In this document: piece by piece, positions 17,481 through 27,184 of the stretch | Position numbering within the stretch: position 1 is the first letter of the stretch | Layout of the letters: every line of letters starts with the position of its first letter | Assembly: GCA_043771635.1 (NCBI GenBank) | Contig: JAYVHA010000006.1 | Location: 1,668-65,667, forward strand | DNA: 64,000 nucleotides | From: Candidatus Woesearchaeota archaeon | GTDB lineage: Archaea; Nanobdellota; Nanobdellia; Woesearchaeales; SKIA01 | Direction: 5' to 3' | Notes under the pieces: model-generated | The model's database searches: none | The model's input: only the letters and a program-made list of their open reading frames with translations | What the model was told of the DNA's origin: nothing | Made by a program: the position numbers and the translations under genes

Positions 17481-20075
17481 GTGTGGCGCTACCTCATTAT
17501 TCTCCTGCTTGCGATGCCGATTGTTTACGCGGACGAAGTTCTGTTATTTGCAGGTCGAGAATCAGTATTAATTACAGGCGCACAACTTATTGTAAACGAT
17601 AAATCATTAGTTGTGAGCGCCGTGAACCCGGCGAACGACACCATAATAGATAGAGATAGTTTTGATCCAACTGACTTTGATGTAATTGCGCTCGTGGTAA
17701 GCGTTCCGAGCGAGTTCCCTGACGGTACAAGTATCGCATTCGTCGCAAACATCACACTGCCAGCGATTGGCGGGCAAAGCAATGTAGTATTGGGATACAA
17801 CACTTCTACAAGCGGCACGGCCACGCTTTATTACAATCCAAACACAACATCCTACGCAGGCAATTGGACTTGGTTTGCGCAGCTGGATAACAGTATTACG
17901 AGCGGTCTGCGCAATGTAATTGTTAAGGGTAGCGCGACCACAGTCTTCGCCTCGGCCTCGATTAACCCGAACGCAAGTTATGTGCGCGCGGACACTGTGC
18001 TCACTGTGGTAAACTTAACTAGTAATGGTCCCGAAAGTCTAGCGGAACTTAACGCGTCATACAACGCCGTTGTAAATTCACAGTTTACTAATCGCACTGG
18101 CTCGAACTCGCTTGCAGGCTTAACCTTTACAGGCTCTAATTGGCAAAGCAACTTTGCGATTTCAACACTCGGTGGCGTTGGACTTTGGAACGCATCACTG
18201 CTCAGCGCACTTGACTTCTTCTACACGCCGACGTCAAACTATCGAGAGTTTTTTGTATTCGGCCGCATGAACGTTACAGCAATAACAGCTAATCCTGACT
18301 CCATTGCCGCCACCGACTTTACCACCATAAGTTGCGCGGTACAAGATCAAGAATCATCGTACGCAGTGACGGGCGCAAACGTCAGCTTCTATCGTAACAA
18401 TACGTTCCTCGGATGGAACCTAACAAACGCGACAGGCAACTCAACACTCACCTTTTCAATAAATTCAAGCGGACTTTGGAACATAACGTGCATAATACAA
18501 AACCAGTCAAACATACAATACTCGGTTGGCGGCGCTCCTAATGCTTCAACAATGGTTAACGTAACCAACTTAGGACCAGTTTTCATAGCAGGCATTAATG
18601 ACGCGAGCGACACTACAAACACCACTAACATGGGCGAACTCGTAACTTTCATGACTGGTGCAAATGATCCGGAACTTGACGAGTGGTATTTACTAATTTG
18701 TGGTTCCGCTGGAGTGACTGCGGGTTCATGTAATGGATTCGAATACTGTCGCAGCGGATATACTTCAAGCGGCGCTAATGCCAATTGTTCTGTTAACACG
18801 ACAGGCTATACTAATCGCACATATCCATGGTTTGCGTACCCCTGCGACAACACTTCAAGCTGCGGCGTAAGTAACAGCGCCACAAGTCCATTCGTAATTA
18901 ACCACGTTCCGATTGCGTATCCGCACATAACCCCGGCGAGCCCTACTGCTGCACAGAACTTAACCTGCGTCATAAACGCCACCGACCCTGACCCGGGCGA
19001 CACAGTTTCAGGCAACTATAGCTGGTGGCTTCGCGACGAGAGCGCAGGACCGTTCGACCCAATTATAGGGCAAACTGGAAGCGTCCTGCCAAACAGTCAG
19101 TACGATTCAAATGATCAAGTGCTTTGCTCAGCGCTGCCAATCGACCAGCACAATTTTGCCGGGACAATAGTGAACAGCTCAAGCGTAACTATTGCACAAG
19201 GCGCACTAAGCGCAAGCGCGACACTGAGTGCGCCAAACATGACCGTTCTATATTCAGTAGTACTGAGCGTTTCATGCACTGTTGCAACGGGCGACTCGGA
19301 GGACGTTACGCTAACAATTGAAGATGATCGCACAGGAGGATTTGCGCAATCAAGTGCGAGCCCTGCGGACGTTTCTGTAAACACTTCAAGCATCTCACTA
19401 GGCACTCTTAGTGGTACAAGCGCAACGCATCAAGTCAGAATTACTGGAGAAACTACAGGCACTTATCAATTTCGCGCACGCTGCACAACCACCGACACAA
19501 CTCCTGTGACTGCAACGAGCACGGCTCAAACAGTAACAGTTCTCGCGGATTTATCCGCACCAATAATATCTCTGCTTGATACAACGCCAACAAATCAGTC
19601 AGTTCAATTTGATTGGTCGACTGATGACCCGTCTGACAGTCTTGTCGAGTACGGCCTCACGCCCGCGCTTGGCCTGTCTGTTTTCAATCCGACTCTTGTA
19701 AATGTACACTCGATTAACATTACTGGCCTACTAGAGAAAACAGACTATTTCTACAACATCACTAGTTGTAACACGGACGGCTTCTGCTCAACAGTAGGTC
19801 TATTTTCAGTGCGTACACTCGGCTCTGAAGTAGGCTTCCCGTATGAAGGAGGCTATTTCACAGGTACTTTTGTAGAGCGCGGTCCGGAAGCAAACGTCGC
19901 TATTAACGGCAGCATTACAAAGGGTGACGTTTTCGAGATATTCCTTGAAACACCGCAAGGCCTCGACAGCCAAGACGAAGTCACTGTAATCATAACGGTT
20001 AAAGGTAAGGAGATACGTAAACGCATTACGCTACCATATACAATTAAGTCACCGGAGACTCCAATATACCCATGA
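17481..20075 (+). CDS. secreted surface protein sharing the repeat module of the giant protein, with an FN3-like domain
   Basis: Signal peptide MWRYLIILLLAMPIVYA. Module ...SFYRNNTFLGWNLTNATGNSTLTFSINSSGLWNITCIIQNQSNIQY is homologous to the SFYRNGT...CNISNQT units of the 7707-aa protein. An FN3-like segment (QSVQFDWSTDDPSDSLVEYGLTP...YFYNITSCN). Dense NxS/T sequons. Confidence 0.6.
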   Translation: MWRYLIILLLAMPIVYADEVLLFAGRESVLITGAQLIVNDKSLVVSAVNPANDTIIDRDSFDPTDFDVIALVVSVPSEFPDGTSIAFVANITLPAIGGQSNVVLGYNTSTSGTATLYYNPNTTSYAGNWTWFAQLDNSITSGLRNVIVKGSATTVFASASINPNASYVRADTVLTVVNLTSNGPESLAELNASYNAVVNSQFTNRTGSNSLAGLTFTGSNWQSNFAISTLGGVGLWNASLLSALDFFYTPTSNYREFFVFGRMNVTAITANPDSIAATDFTTISCAVQDQESSYAVTGANVSFYRNNTFLGWNLTNATGNSTLTFSINSSGLWNITCIIQNQSNIQYSVGGAPNASTMVNVTNLGPVFIAGINDASDTTNTTNMGELVTFMTGANDPELDEWYLLICGSAGVTAGSCNGFEYCRSGYTSSGANANCSVNTTGYTNRTYPWFAYPCDNTSSCGVSNSATSPFVINHVPIAYPHITPASPTAAQNLTCVINATDPDPGDTVSGNYSWWLRDESAGPFDPIIGQTGSVLPNSQYDSNDQVLCSALPIDQHNFAGTIVNSSSVTIAQGALSASATLSAPNMTVLYSVVLSVSCTVATGDSEDVTLTIEDDRTGGFAQSSASPADVSVNTSSISLGTLSGTSATHQVRITGETTGTYQFRARCTTTDTTPVTATSTAQTVTVLADLSAPIISLLDTTPTNQSVQFDWSTDDPSDSLVEYGLTPALGLSVFNPTLVNVHSINITGLLEKTDYFYNITSCNTDGFCSTVGLFSVRTLGSEVGFPYEGGYFTGTFVERGPEANVAINGSITKGDVFEIFLETPQGLDSQDEVTVIITVKGKEIRKRITLPYTIKSPETPIYP

Positions 20076-20425
20076 GCGCCCACACCCCACTAATACTATT
20101 AATAGTCGGCCTTAGCATAACAGCGCTTGGAATAGGAGTATTCTATGCCCAGGAGCAGCGTTTCGCACAAGGACAACGCTCTCAGCTCGATGCCGTAGTT
20201 TTAGACGCGCGCCCAGAGGAGCTCGTAGTTGTGAGTATAGTAGGACAAGACGTGTCCGCAGGCGACGTTAATACTCTTCGCATTCAAGTGCGCTATGACG
20301 GCGAGGGAGAACTGCCGCTTAACGAAACCTATATCCAAGTTAAGACCAAAGACTCAATTGCTGACCTTCAGTATCGTAACGGTACTACATACCGCAGCGT
20401 TCCTGATGGGTTTTACACACGTTAG
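20072..20425 (+). CDS. small membrane protein, translationally coupled to the upstream surface protein gene
   Basis: 117 aa with an N-terminal TM (LILLIVGLSITALGIGVF). The start overlaps the upstream stop by 4 nt. Confidence 0.35.
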   Translation: MSAHTPLILLIVGLSITALGIGVFYAQEQRFAQGQRSQLDAVVLDARPEELVVVSIVGQDVSAGDVNTLRIQVRYDGEGELPLNETYIQVKTKDSIADLQYRNGTTYRSVPDGFYTR

Positions 20426-20469
20426 GACGCTAGGTAACAAAGCACGCTCAACCTTCACCTACTGTCAGA

Positions 20470-20482
20470 ACCAATTTAAATG
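20470..20482 (+). promoter_or_regulatory. archaeal TATA box for serS (leaderless transcript likely)
   Basis: TTTAAAT at 20475-20481, 21 nt upstream of the ATG at 20502. Confidence 0.4.
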
Positions 20483-20501
20483 ACCATGTCGACCCAACGC
20501 T

Positions 20502-21785
20502 ATGATTGACCTTAAACTCGTTCGAGAGCAAGCTGAACTTGTACGCGAGAACTACGCACGGCGACACGATCCAACAATTATTGCTACTTTGGACGAATTC
20601 TTAACAGTAGACGCTGCTTGGCGCCGCGCCCGCGGAGAAGAAGATGAACTACGCTCGCGCCGTAACAAAGTCTCGGCAGCAATTAACGAGGCAAAAAAAG
20701 CAGGCGGCGACGCGACTGCTGCGCTAGCAGAAGCTAAAGCAATTCCACAGCGCCTAGCAGCGCTTGAAGAAGAACGTAAAACGCTTGAAGTGCGCCACCG
20801 TGCGCTTCATTTAGCACTTCCTAATCTGCTGCATGACTCAGTACCCATTGGCGCAAGCGATGCTGAGAACAAGCCTATTCGGCACTGGGGCGAAGTTAAG
20901 CAGCCAGACTTTCCACTTAAGCCCCACGGAGAAATTGCAGAAGGCCTAGGCTCGGACTTTACGCGCAGCGCTAAAATTAGCGGCGCAGGATTTTATTTTC
21001 TACGCGGCGAACTTGCGCTACTTAACCGCGCACTGATCGAATTTGCGATTCAACACCTAGTAAAAAAAGGTTACACTTATACTGAGCCGCCGCTACTTAT
21101 GCGGCGCGCGCCATACGAAGGCGTAACAAGCCTCGGCGACTTTGAAACTGTACAGTACGCAGTTGAAGGCGAGGATTTGAAACTAATAGCAACTGCCGAG
21201 CACCCACTAGTTGCACAGTTCATGGACGAAGATTTGTCTCCGAGTCAATTGCCACAGAAGCTTGTTGGATATAGCATGTGCTTCAGAAAAGAAATTGGCT
21301 CGAAAGGCGTCGACACTAAAGGATTGTTTCGCACCCACCAGTTTAACAAAGTCGAACAAGTAATAATCTGTAGGCCTGAAGACGCGGACGCGCTTCATGA
21401 AGAATTGCAGCGCAACGGTGAAGAGCTGTTTGAAGCACTTAAGATTCCGTACCGCGTAGTTGACGTGTGCACGGGCGACATGGGCATAGTTGCGAGCCGC
21501 AAGTACGACACGGAAGCGTGGATGCCGCGCGCAGGCGAATACCGAGAAGTGTGCAGCGCATCGAACTGCACTGATTGGCAGGCGCGCCGACTTAACATCC
21601 GCTATCAAGACGCAGATTCAGTACGCTTCGCGTATACGCTAAACAACACAGCGTTTGCAACCTCGCGCGTTTTAGTAGCAATCCTCGAGAACTACCAGCA
21701 AGCGGACGGCTCAGTTGTTGTGCCAGACGCGCTTCGACCACTAATGGGCGGAACTAGCGTGCTGAGGCCAGTTCGCTATTCCTAG
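20502..21785 (+). CDS. serS: seryl-tRNA synthetase
   Basis: N-terminal coiled-coil arm followed by a class II aaRS core (FRKEIGSKGVDTKGLFRTHQFNKVEQ, motif 3 region). Length 427 aa is typical. Confidence 0.9.
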   Translation: MIDLKLVREQAELVRENYARRHDPTIIATLDEFLTVDAAWRRARGEEDELRSRRNKVSAAINEAKKAGGDATAALAEAKAIPQRLAALEEERKTLEVRHRALHLALPNLLHDSVPIGASDAENKPIRHWGEVKQPDFPLKPHGEIAEGLGSDFTRSAKISGAGFYFLRGELALLNRALIEFAIQHLVKKGYTYTEPPLLMRRAPYEGVTSLGDFETVQYAVEGEDLKLIATAEHPLVAQFMDEDLSPSQLPQKLVGYSMCFRKEIGSKGVDTKGLFRTHQFNKVEQVIICRPEDADALHEELQRNGEELFEALKIPYRVVDVCTGDMGIVASRKYDTEAWMPRAGEYREVCSASNCTDWQARRLNIRYQDADSVRFAYTLNNTAFATSRVLVAILENYQQADGSVVVPDALRPLMGGTSVLRPVRYS

Positions 21786-21827
21786 CATCATAGGAATGTT
21801 TTAAAGGACAACCTCTCATAATTAGCT

Positions 21828-22184
21828 ATGGCACTACCTAGTTGGTCGTTTCTCGTTGTTGGCCTCGGCATATCACTGCTCTCGCTGCGCCAAGTTCTTG
21901 CTGGCGAGAAAATGGGCATATTCATTGTCGTCGGCATCGGCATGATAATTTATGGGATTGTGCGTATGATTCGTGAGAGAAGTTCGTCAAAAAACATTGA
22001 TAAGCATGAGCCACTAGTCCACGGTGGAATGCACGCGCGTCACACAGCCGGTCAAGGTCAAGAAAATGGCAACCACATGCACGCGCACGCGACTCAAATT
22101 CCGCGAGTATGCTCCTCCTGTGGCGCAAAGAACAATCCTCGCGCGAATTACTGCGGTCACTGCGGTAATAAAATCAGAGGCTAA
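21828..22184 (+). CDS. membrane protein with C-terminal zinc-ribbon
   Basis: N-terminal TM helices; C-terminal CSSCGAKNNPRANYCGHCG. Confidence 0.4.
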   Translation: MALPSWSFLVVGLGISLLSLRQVLAGEKMGIFIVVGIGMIIYGIVRMIRERSSSKNIDKHEPLVHGGMHARHTAGQGQENGNHMHAHATQIPRVCSSCGAKNNPRANYCGHCGNKIRG

Positions 22185-22212
22185 GACATAGTATTTTTCG
22201 TCTGAAACTTAG

Positions 22213-22842
22213 CTAGGTATTGTGCGTCTGTAATTCCTTTGGAACATGTCCAATATCATTTAATACATGTATTCTTACAGATTCTCCCACTTCTACAATC
22301 GTAATACTAGTATTACGAACAGACCATTTAGCATATTCTTGTGCCTCATCAGTTAACGTGTGAAGCGAATCGGCTATTGAGCCACCATGCGCAACAATAA
22401 GCACAGTTTCATTCGATGGCTTGTCCAATAGCTCATTGAGAAATAATTTTACTCGATGAGATCTATCCAACATGTTCTCCCCATTTTCTGGACGAAACCC
22501 ACTCACATGAATGCCCATTGCGTCCGCCGCTATATTACGAACCCCATACGGCTTTCCAGCAAAAACTCCGTTGTCTATTTCACGAATGCGATCGTCGTAT
22601 GCTACCGGCACTCCAGCATGATACTTTAGGATTGCAGCGGCAGTATCAACTGCCCGCGGTAAATTGCTGCAGATTACGCGATCAATATGCTCTGTGCGTA
22701 AACGCTCCGCCACGCACTGAGCCTGCTTGTGTCCCCTTGCTGTTAGCGGCTCTTCTCTAGAATTATGAGTGCGAGTTTCGTTTGCCGCTGATTCACCATG
22801 ACGAACAAGTATAAGTCGCATACAAGTAATAAATTTACGCAC
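22213..22842 (-). CDS. histidine phosphatase family protein (phosphoglycerate mutase-like)
   Basis: RHGE motif (LILVRHGESAANE). Probable true start at the internal M of MRLILVRHGE. Confidence 0.75.
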   Translation of the reverse strand: MRKFITCMRLILVRHGESAANETRTHNSREEPLTARGHKQAQCVAERLRTEHIDRVICSNLPRAVDTAAAILKYHAGVPVAYDDRIREIDNGVFAGKPYGVRNIAADAMGIHVSGFRPENGENMLDRSHRVKLFLNELLDKPSNETVLIVAHGGSIADSLHTLTDEAQEYAKWSVRNTSITIVEVGESVRIHVLNDIGHVPKELQTHNT

Positions 22843-22888
22843 TAATTAAATTTAACCTAAGAATAAAGAAAAAAGATAGAAAAAATAT

Positions 22889-25800
22889 CTAATCGCTACG
22901 TCGTGACTTCTTGCGGCTTCGCATATAGACTAGACCTGCGCCGAGAACAGCTAGGACTAGTACTATTGACACCCAAAAGACAGCTCCGTTGCTACCCTTT
23001 ACCGGAGCAGCAACTGGTTTTGCTGTTGGCTTAGTCTCAACTGGAGCTGCTGGCGCCGCTGCTGGCGGTGCCGCGGGAGCTGCCGGTGTCGGCTGCGCAA
23101 CAGCAGGCTCTGACGGGCTTGCCGGCGCAGGTGTTGGCGTTACCGTTGCGGTAGGCTTACCAGCGATTGCGAAGTAACTAAAGTATGGGGTTTCAGCACT
23201 GAAAGTTACTGTCGTTGCATCACTACTCACTACTGTTGCAGGGATTTCTACCCATCGATCAGTGTAGCGCATAAGTACAACGTTGCCCTCTCCAATGTTG
23301 TTACTCGTAAGCCAGCTCTTTGGCACCGCAAAGGTCATGGTTGCTGAGCGTACTGCCTCGTCTGTTAATCCTGTTGGCGTAACTTGCAAGAACATATACA
23401 CTGTCTGTGCCGGTGCAACTAGTGTGCTTGGACGCTCCGTTAGGGAGCGCACTTCAATGTTAAAGTTACTCGACGTCTGGTCGAATGCAATTGCAAACCT
23501 GGTTACTGGCATGCCACTGAGTGCAATAGGCGCCTCAACAGTTTCACCTGCATTAACGCGAGCCCATGATAGTCGCGTTGTAACGCCTGGAGCGCCGCTA
23601 ACAGTTGTTCCGGGACGGCTGCTACTTCCGCCGCCACCGCCACCACCGCTTGATGCTCGAAGCGTAGTGAAGTCAATCTGCGCGCTCGATGTGGTTGCTG
23701 AACCACTTGACGAGCAGCGTACGTAATACGTGTATGATGTGAAGGCAGATAGTCCAGTAACAGATGTTTCGTGGCTTGTCGCGTTCGTTGTTGTGAACAC
23801 ATTAGTCATTGCACTGTACGCTTGGTCTGTTGTACTGTAGCGACACTCCGCAACCAGATCAGTATTAATAGTGAGTGTTGCTGCATTTCGCGTCGCTGCG
23901 CCATCTTCACCACTCATTACTGGCGCTGATGCGCTAACTGTAAAGTTAAGTGCGTAAGGCGTGTTTACATTACCTGCATTGTCAGTTACGGATACAGTCC
24001 AGTTCCAAGTACCAGCCGCAAGAGTGCGGTTAATCGATACATTTGTACCGTTAGTAAAGTTGCCTGAACCATTTGCAGTTCCGTTTAGGTATAGCGTATA
24101 GTTAAGCTCGGTAGCGAGTGCGTCAATACCTGTAAAGTTAAATGGTACAACTGATGTAGTGACGTTTGTATTGTTGATCGGCTGCAATAATGTTGCTGTT
24201 GGCGCGCCAGTGTCTACAAAAATTACTATTGGCGAACTTTCATTGTAACGACCAACATCGTCAGTAACATTTACAATAATTGTATGCGTGCCCTGCGACA
24301 AGGCTGTAAGGTTTACTGAAGCGTTGTTTCCTTGCGTTATATTACCATTCCTGTTCAATGCGCCGTCTACCATAATTGAATAGTTTAGATAGCTTGCTAC
24401 GTCGTCATTTGCAGTAAAGAATACGAGCGGCGTTGTGTCGTTCGTACGATTACCAGTAATTGGCGCAAACACTGTTAAAGTTGGGTTTACTAAGTCTACT
24501 GTTAACGTGTAATAATTGTTACCGAAGGCACTATTAATCGAGTCGATTGCACAAACGGTAAGATTAACGAAGGTGTAGCTCCCCCCTAAGCCAGGGTACA
24601 AGTCAGCCAAAGGTACAGAAGTTACTGTGTTGTTCAGAACAGAATAAGGAGTTATCTCTGTACAAGTCGTATCGCCAAGATTTGCTATACCTATACTAAT
24701 ATTGCTTTGTAAATTGTCGGTAACGTTTACTGTCCAAACAAGAGTTCCAGCGAGGTTAAGCGTATTATTTGCGAGTGAACTATTTACTACGACAACTGGC
24801 GCCTCGTCGTCAACAATCATATCGTACGATGTGGATGTCTTGTTATTTACTCCGTCGCTAACTTCCACATAAGTAGTCAATACAACACCGACAGGTTGCG
24901 CAGGCAGAATTATCACTGAAGGCACGCCTTCTGTTGCAGCCGCAGTGACTGCCGCAGCATCGTTAATCCATAAAGTATAGGTCAATCCAGTTTGGAAAGT
25001 GTCAGTAACGGTAAAGTTAAACGTTGGAGTAGTGTTACTAACAAATACGTTAGGCCCGACTGTTACACCATCTAAAAATCCAGTTGCTCCGCCATCAATG
25101 ACAGGTTCGATTGCGTCAATAATAATGTCCTTGTTAAGAGATAGATAGTTAGTTGGGAAGAATGGCACTGTTAGGTTCGCTGGAAGCAAACCAGTTGCAA
25201 CGTCGAAGATAGTTCCTCCATTCAATGTTAGCGAGTTTACTGTGTTACTGTAACCTAAGTCGGAAGCATTATCACCTAGTTGTACAGTATATGTAAAAAT
25301 AGCAGTCGTGGTATCGTCGCTGACATACGTTGCGTTGCCATCGATTGCGCCAAGTTCAAGCTCCAGGTGCGGCACGCCTGTAATTGTTACTGGCGCGCTA
25401 AAGCCTACTGTAAAGTTAATTACGGTACCAGCTCCATAAATTCCGTTTACAAGTCCTATGCCCGGGAATGGTGACGGCGAGTCAATATCAGTAATAGTAA
25501 TCAGCACCGCATTGACAGCAATAGCATTTCCGTTTCCAAGTGAACCAGCAGCGCCAGGCGCAGCAAGTGTCCGGTTTGCAAAGTCTCCTGTGATAACACT
25601 CGCCAAAGTACCTCCGTTTAAGGTTAAGGAAGAGGTTGCTACATAGTCAAGATCAGCAACAGCATCATTGAAAGTAGTTGTGTATTGGAACAGCAATGTA
25701 GTGGTTCCGTTTCCGCTAACGTAAGTCGCATTGCGATCCGGAGCCGAATCAAAATTTAGTTCGATTCTTGGCGAACCAGTTACTTCGATTGCATCATCAA

Positions 25801-26464
25801 AAGTAACTGTTACGTTTAGAATTATGTTTGCGCCGTAAGTAGCGTCTGCATCTGGAGTATTAACCCCAGTTACAAACGGTGCAATAGCATCTACTTCGAT
25901 ATTGCGACCGTCACTAAGTGAGCCAGGTCCTACTGCTGGCAGCGTGTTTATTGCAGTCGCACCCGATAAGTTTGCAATAATTGTTGCACCGTTCAAGGTG
26001 AATGCGTTTACTGATGTATAGTCGAGCGCAGTTGTATTGTCTCCTGCGACTGTTGTATACTGGAATTCAAGCACGTTCGATGTTGTGTCACCACCAACAT
26101 AAGTCGCGTTCTTGTCCAAACCCGGCGCGAAGTCTAGCTCCAACCGCGGCGTTCCAGTAATGTTCACACTTTCGTTATACTGAACATATATGCTGATTAA
26201 AGTACCAGTACCATAAGTACCGTCACCAAGCGTAGTGTTAATGAGAATAACTTCTGGTTCCGCGAACACAGCAGGCACGGTGAACAGGACTGAGAAAACG
26301 ACTATGGCAGCGAGTGCCAGGTAGGAGAACGGTCGATTCATACAAATATACAATTCGCAATCGTTTAAATTAGTAACTCTATATATCGAGGTCACCCGAG
26401 AGTAGGGAAGTGTCCCTGCGCCGGGACATAGCATATAAGCCTCTTTACCAAAGCAAGACAGCAT
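22889..26464 (-). CDS. large cell-surface protein with tandem domains, Pro/Ala-rich stalk, C-terminal TM anchor and basic tail
   Basis: 1191 aa. Signal/TM near the N-terminus. Four repeats of about 130 aa (NATYV.G.TT..L.FQYTT...D...LDY). An FN3-like region, a poly-Gly/Ser stretch, a PAPAAPAAP linker, and C-terminal FWVSIVLVLAVLGAGLVYM plus RSRKKSRRSD. Confidence 0.6.
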   Translation of the reverse strand: MLSCFGKEAYMLCPGAGTLPYSRVTSIYRVTNLNDCELYICMNRPFSYLALAAIVVFSVLFTVPAVFAEPEVILINTTLGDGTYGTGTLISIYVQYNESVNITGTPRLELDFAPGLDKNATYVGGDTTSNVLEFQYTTVAGDNTTALDYTSVNAFTLNGATIIANLSGATAINTLPAVGPGSLSDGRNIEVDAIAPFVTGVNTPDADATYGANIILNVTVTFDDAIEVTGSPRIELNFDSAPDRNATYVSGNGTTTLLFQYTTTFNDAVADLDYVATSSLTLNGGTLASVITGDFANRTLAAPGAAGSLGNGNAIAVNAVLITITDIDSPSPFPGIGLVNGIYGAGTVINFTVGFSAPVTITGVPHLELELGAIDGNATYVSDDTTTAIFTYTVQLGDNASDLGYSNTVNSLTLNGGTIFDVATGLLPANLTVPFFPTNYLSLNKDIIIDAIEPVIDGGATGFLDGVTVGPNVFVSNTTPTFNFTVTDTFQTGLTYTLWINDAAAVTAAATEGVPSVIILPAQPVGVVLTTYVEVSDGVNNKTSTSYDMIVDDEAPVVVVNSSLANNTLNLAGTLVWTVNVTDNLQSNISIGIANLGDTTCTEITPYSVLNNTVTSVPLADLYPGLGGSYTFVNLTVCAIDSINSAFGNNYYTLTVDLVNPTLTVFAPITGNRTNDTTPLVFFTANDDVASYLNYSIMVDGALNRNGNITQGNNASVNLTALSQGTHTIIVNVTDDVGRYNESSPIVIFVDTGAPTATLLQPINNTNVTTSVVPFNFTGIDALATELNYTLYLNGTANGSGNFTNGTNVSINRTLAAGTWNWTVSVTDNAGNVNTPYALNFTVSASAPVMSGEDGAATRNAATLTINTDLVAECRYSTTDQAYSAMTNVFTTTNATSHETSVTGLSAFTSYTYYVRCSSSGSATTSSAQIDFTTLRASSGGGGGGGSSSRPGTTVSGAPGVTTRLSWARVNAGETVEAPIALSGMPVTRFAIAFDQTSSNFNIEVRSLTERPSTLVAPAQTVYMFLQVTPTGLTDEAVRSATMTFAVPKSWLTSNNIGEGNVVLMRYTDRWVEIPATVVSSDATTVTFSAETPYFSYFAIAGKPTATVTPTPAPASPSEPAVAQPTPAAPAAPPAAAPAAPVETKPTAKPVAAPVKGSNGAVFWVSIVLVLAVLGAGLVYMRSRKKSRRSD

Positions 26465-26481
26465 AACGCAGTTTTTTGCTA

Positions 26482-27090
26482 CTACCTACTATGTAAGTGC
26501 GCTGGCAGATGCGATAAATCATTAAGAAAAACTATTTTCGGCAAACCATTCGCAGGAAATTCCAGTATAGACACAGCAGTATTCCATTGCCTATAACTCT
26601 GCACCATTGTTACGTCATCCCCATAGAGCCCGAGAAGCAGATTAACAATCGCACCACCATGAGTAACTAGTAGCACATTTTTTCCGTTATGCTGTGAGCG
26701 AAGATCGTCTATTAACGCAAGTATGCGCAAGCGTAAATCATATACACTCTCTCCGTCAAGAGGTCTGAACTCGCGCCAATCTTCGTGTTTTGATACAGCA
26801 GTTTCTCGATAGCCGCCGTATGGCGTGCCGTGAAACTCTCCAAAATTATGTTCCTGCGCCCGAACATCAAAAACGGGCTCTATTGTTCTGGAGGCAATAA
26901 CAGGCGCCGCTGTCTCTCGCGTACGCGTGTAAGGGCTGATTATAATGGCATCAAACTCCTCACCTTGAAGCCTCAGTGCAACAAGCCGAGCTTGCTCGTG
27001 ACCCTGCGCAGTTAAGGGCGTGTGCGGGAAACCTAGATTTTCAGCAACATTGCCTTCACTCTGCGCGTGCCTAATAATTGTGAGTCTCAT
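26482..27090 (-). CDS. histidine phosphatase family protein (second paralogue)
   Basis: RHAQSEGN motif directly after the internal Met (MRLTIIRHAQSEGN). The ORF-track start at 27186 is probably an over-extension. Confidence 0.7.
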   Translation of the reverse strand: MRLTIIRHAQSEGNVAENLGFPHTPLTAQGHEQARLVALRLQGEEFDAIIISPYTRTRETAAPVIASRTIEPVFDVRAQEHNFGEFHGTPYGGYRETAVSKHEDWREFRPLDGESVYDLRLRILALIDDLRSQHNGKNVLLVTHGGAIVNLLLGLYGDDVTMVQSYRQWNTAVSILEFPANGLPKIVFLNDLSHLPAHLHSR

Positions 27091-27184
27091 ACCACTGGTC
27101 AAACGCCAAGTGCCTATATAAACCTTGCAGGACAAAGCATTTGAAGACAAGGACCGGCTCCTGAACATATAATAGGACAAAATC

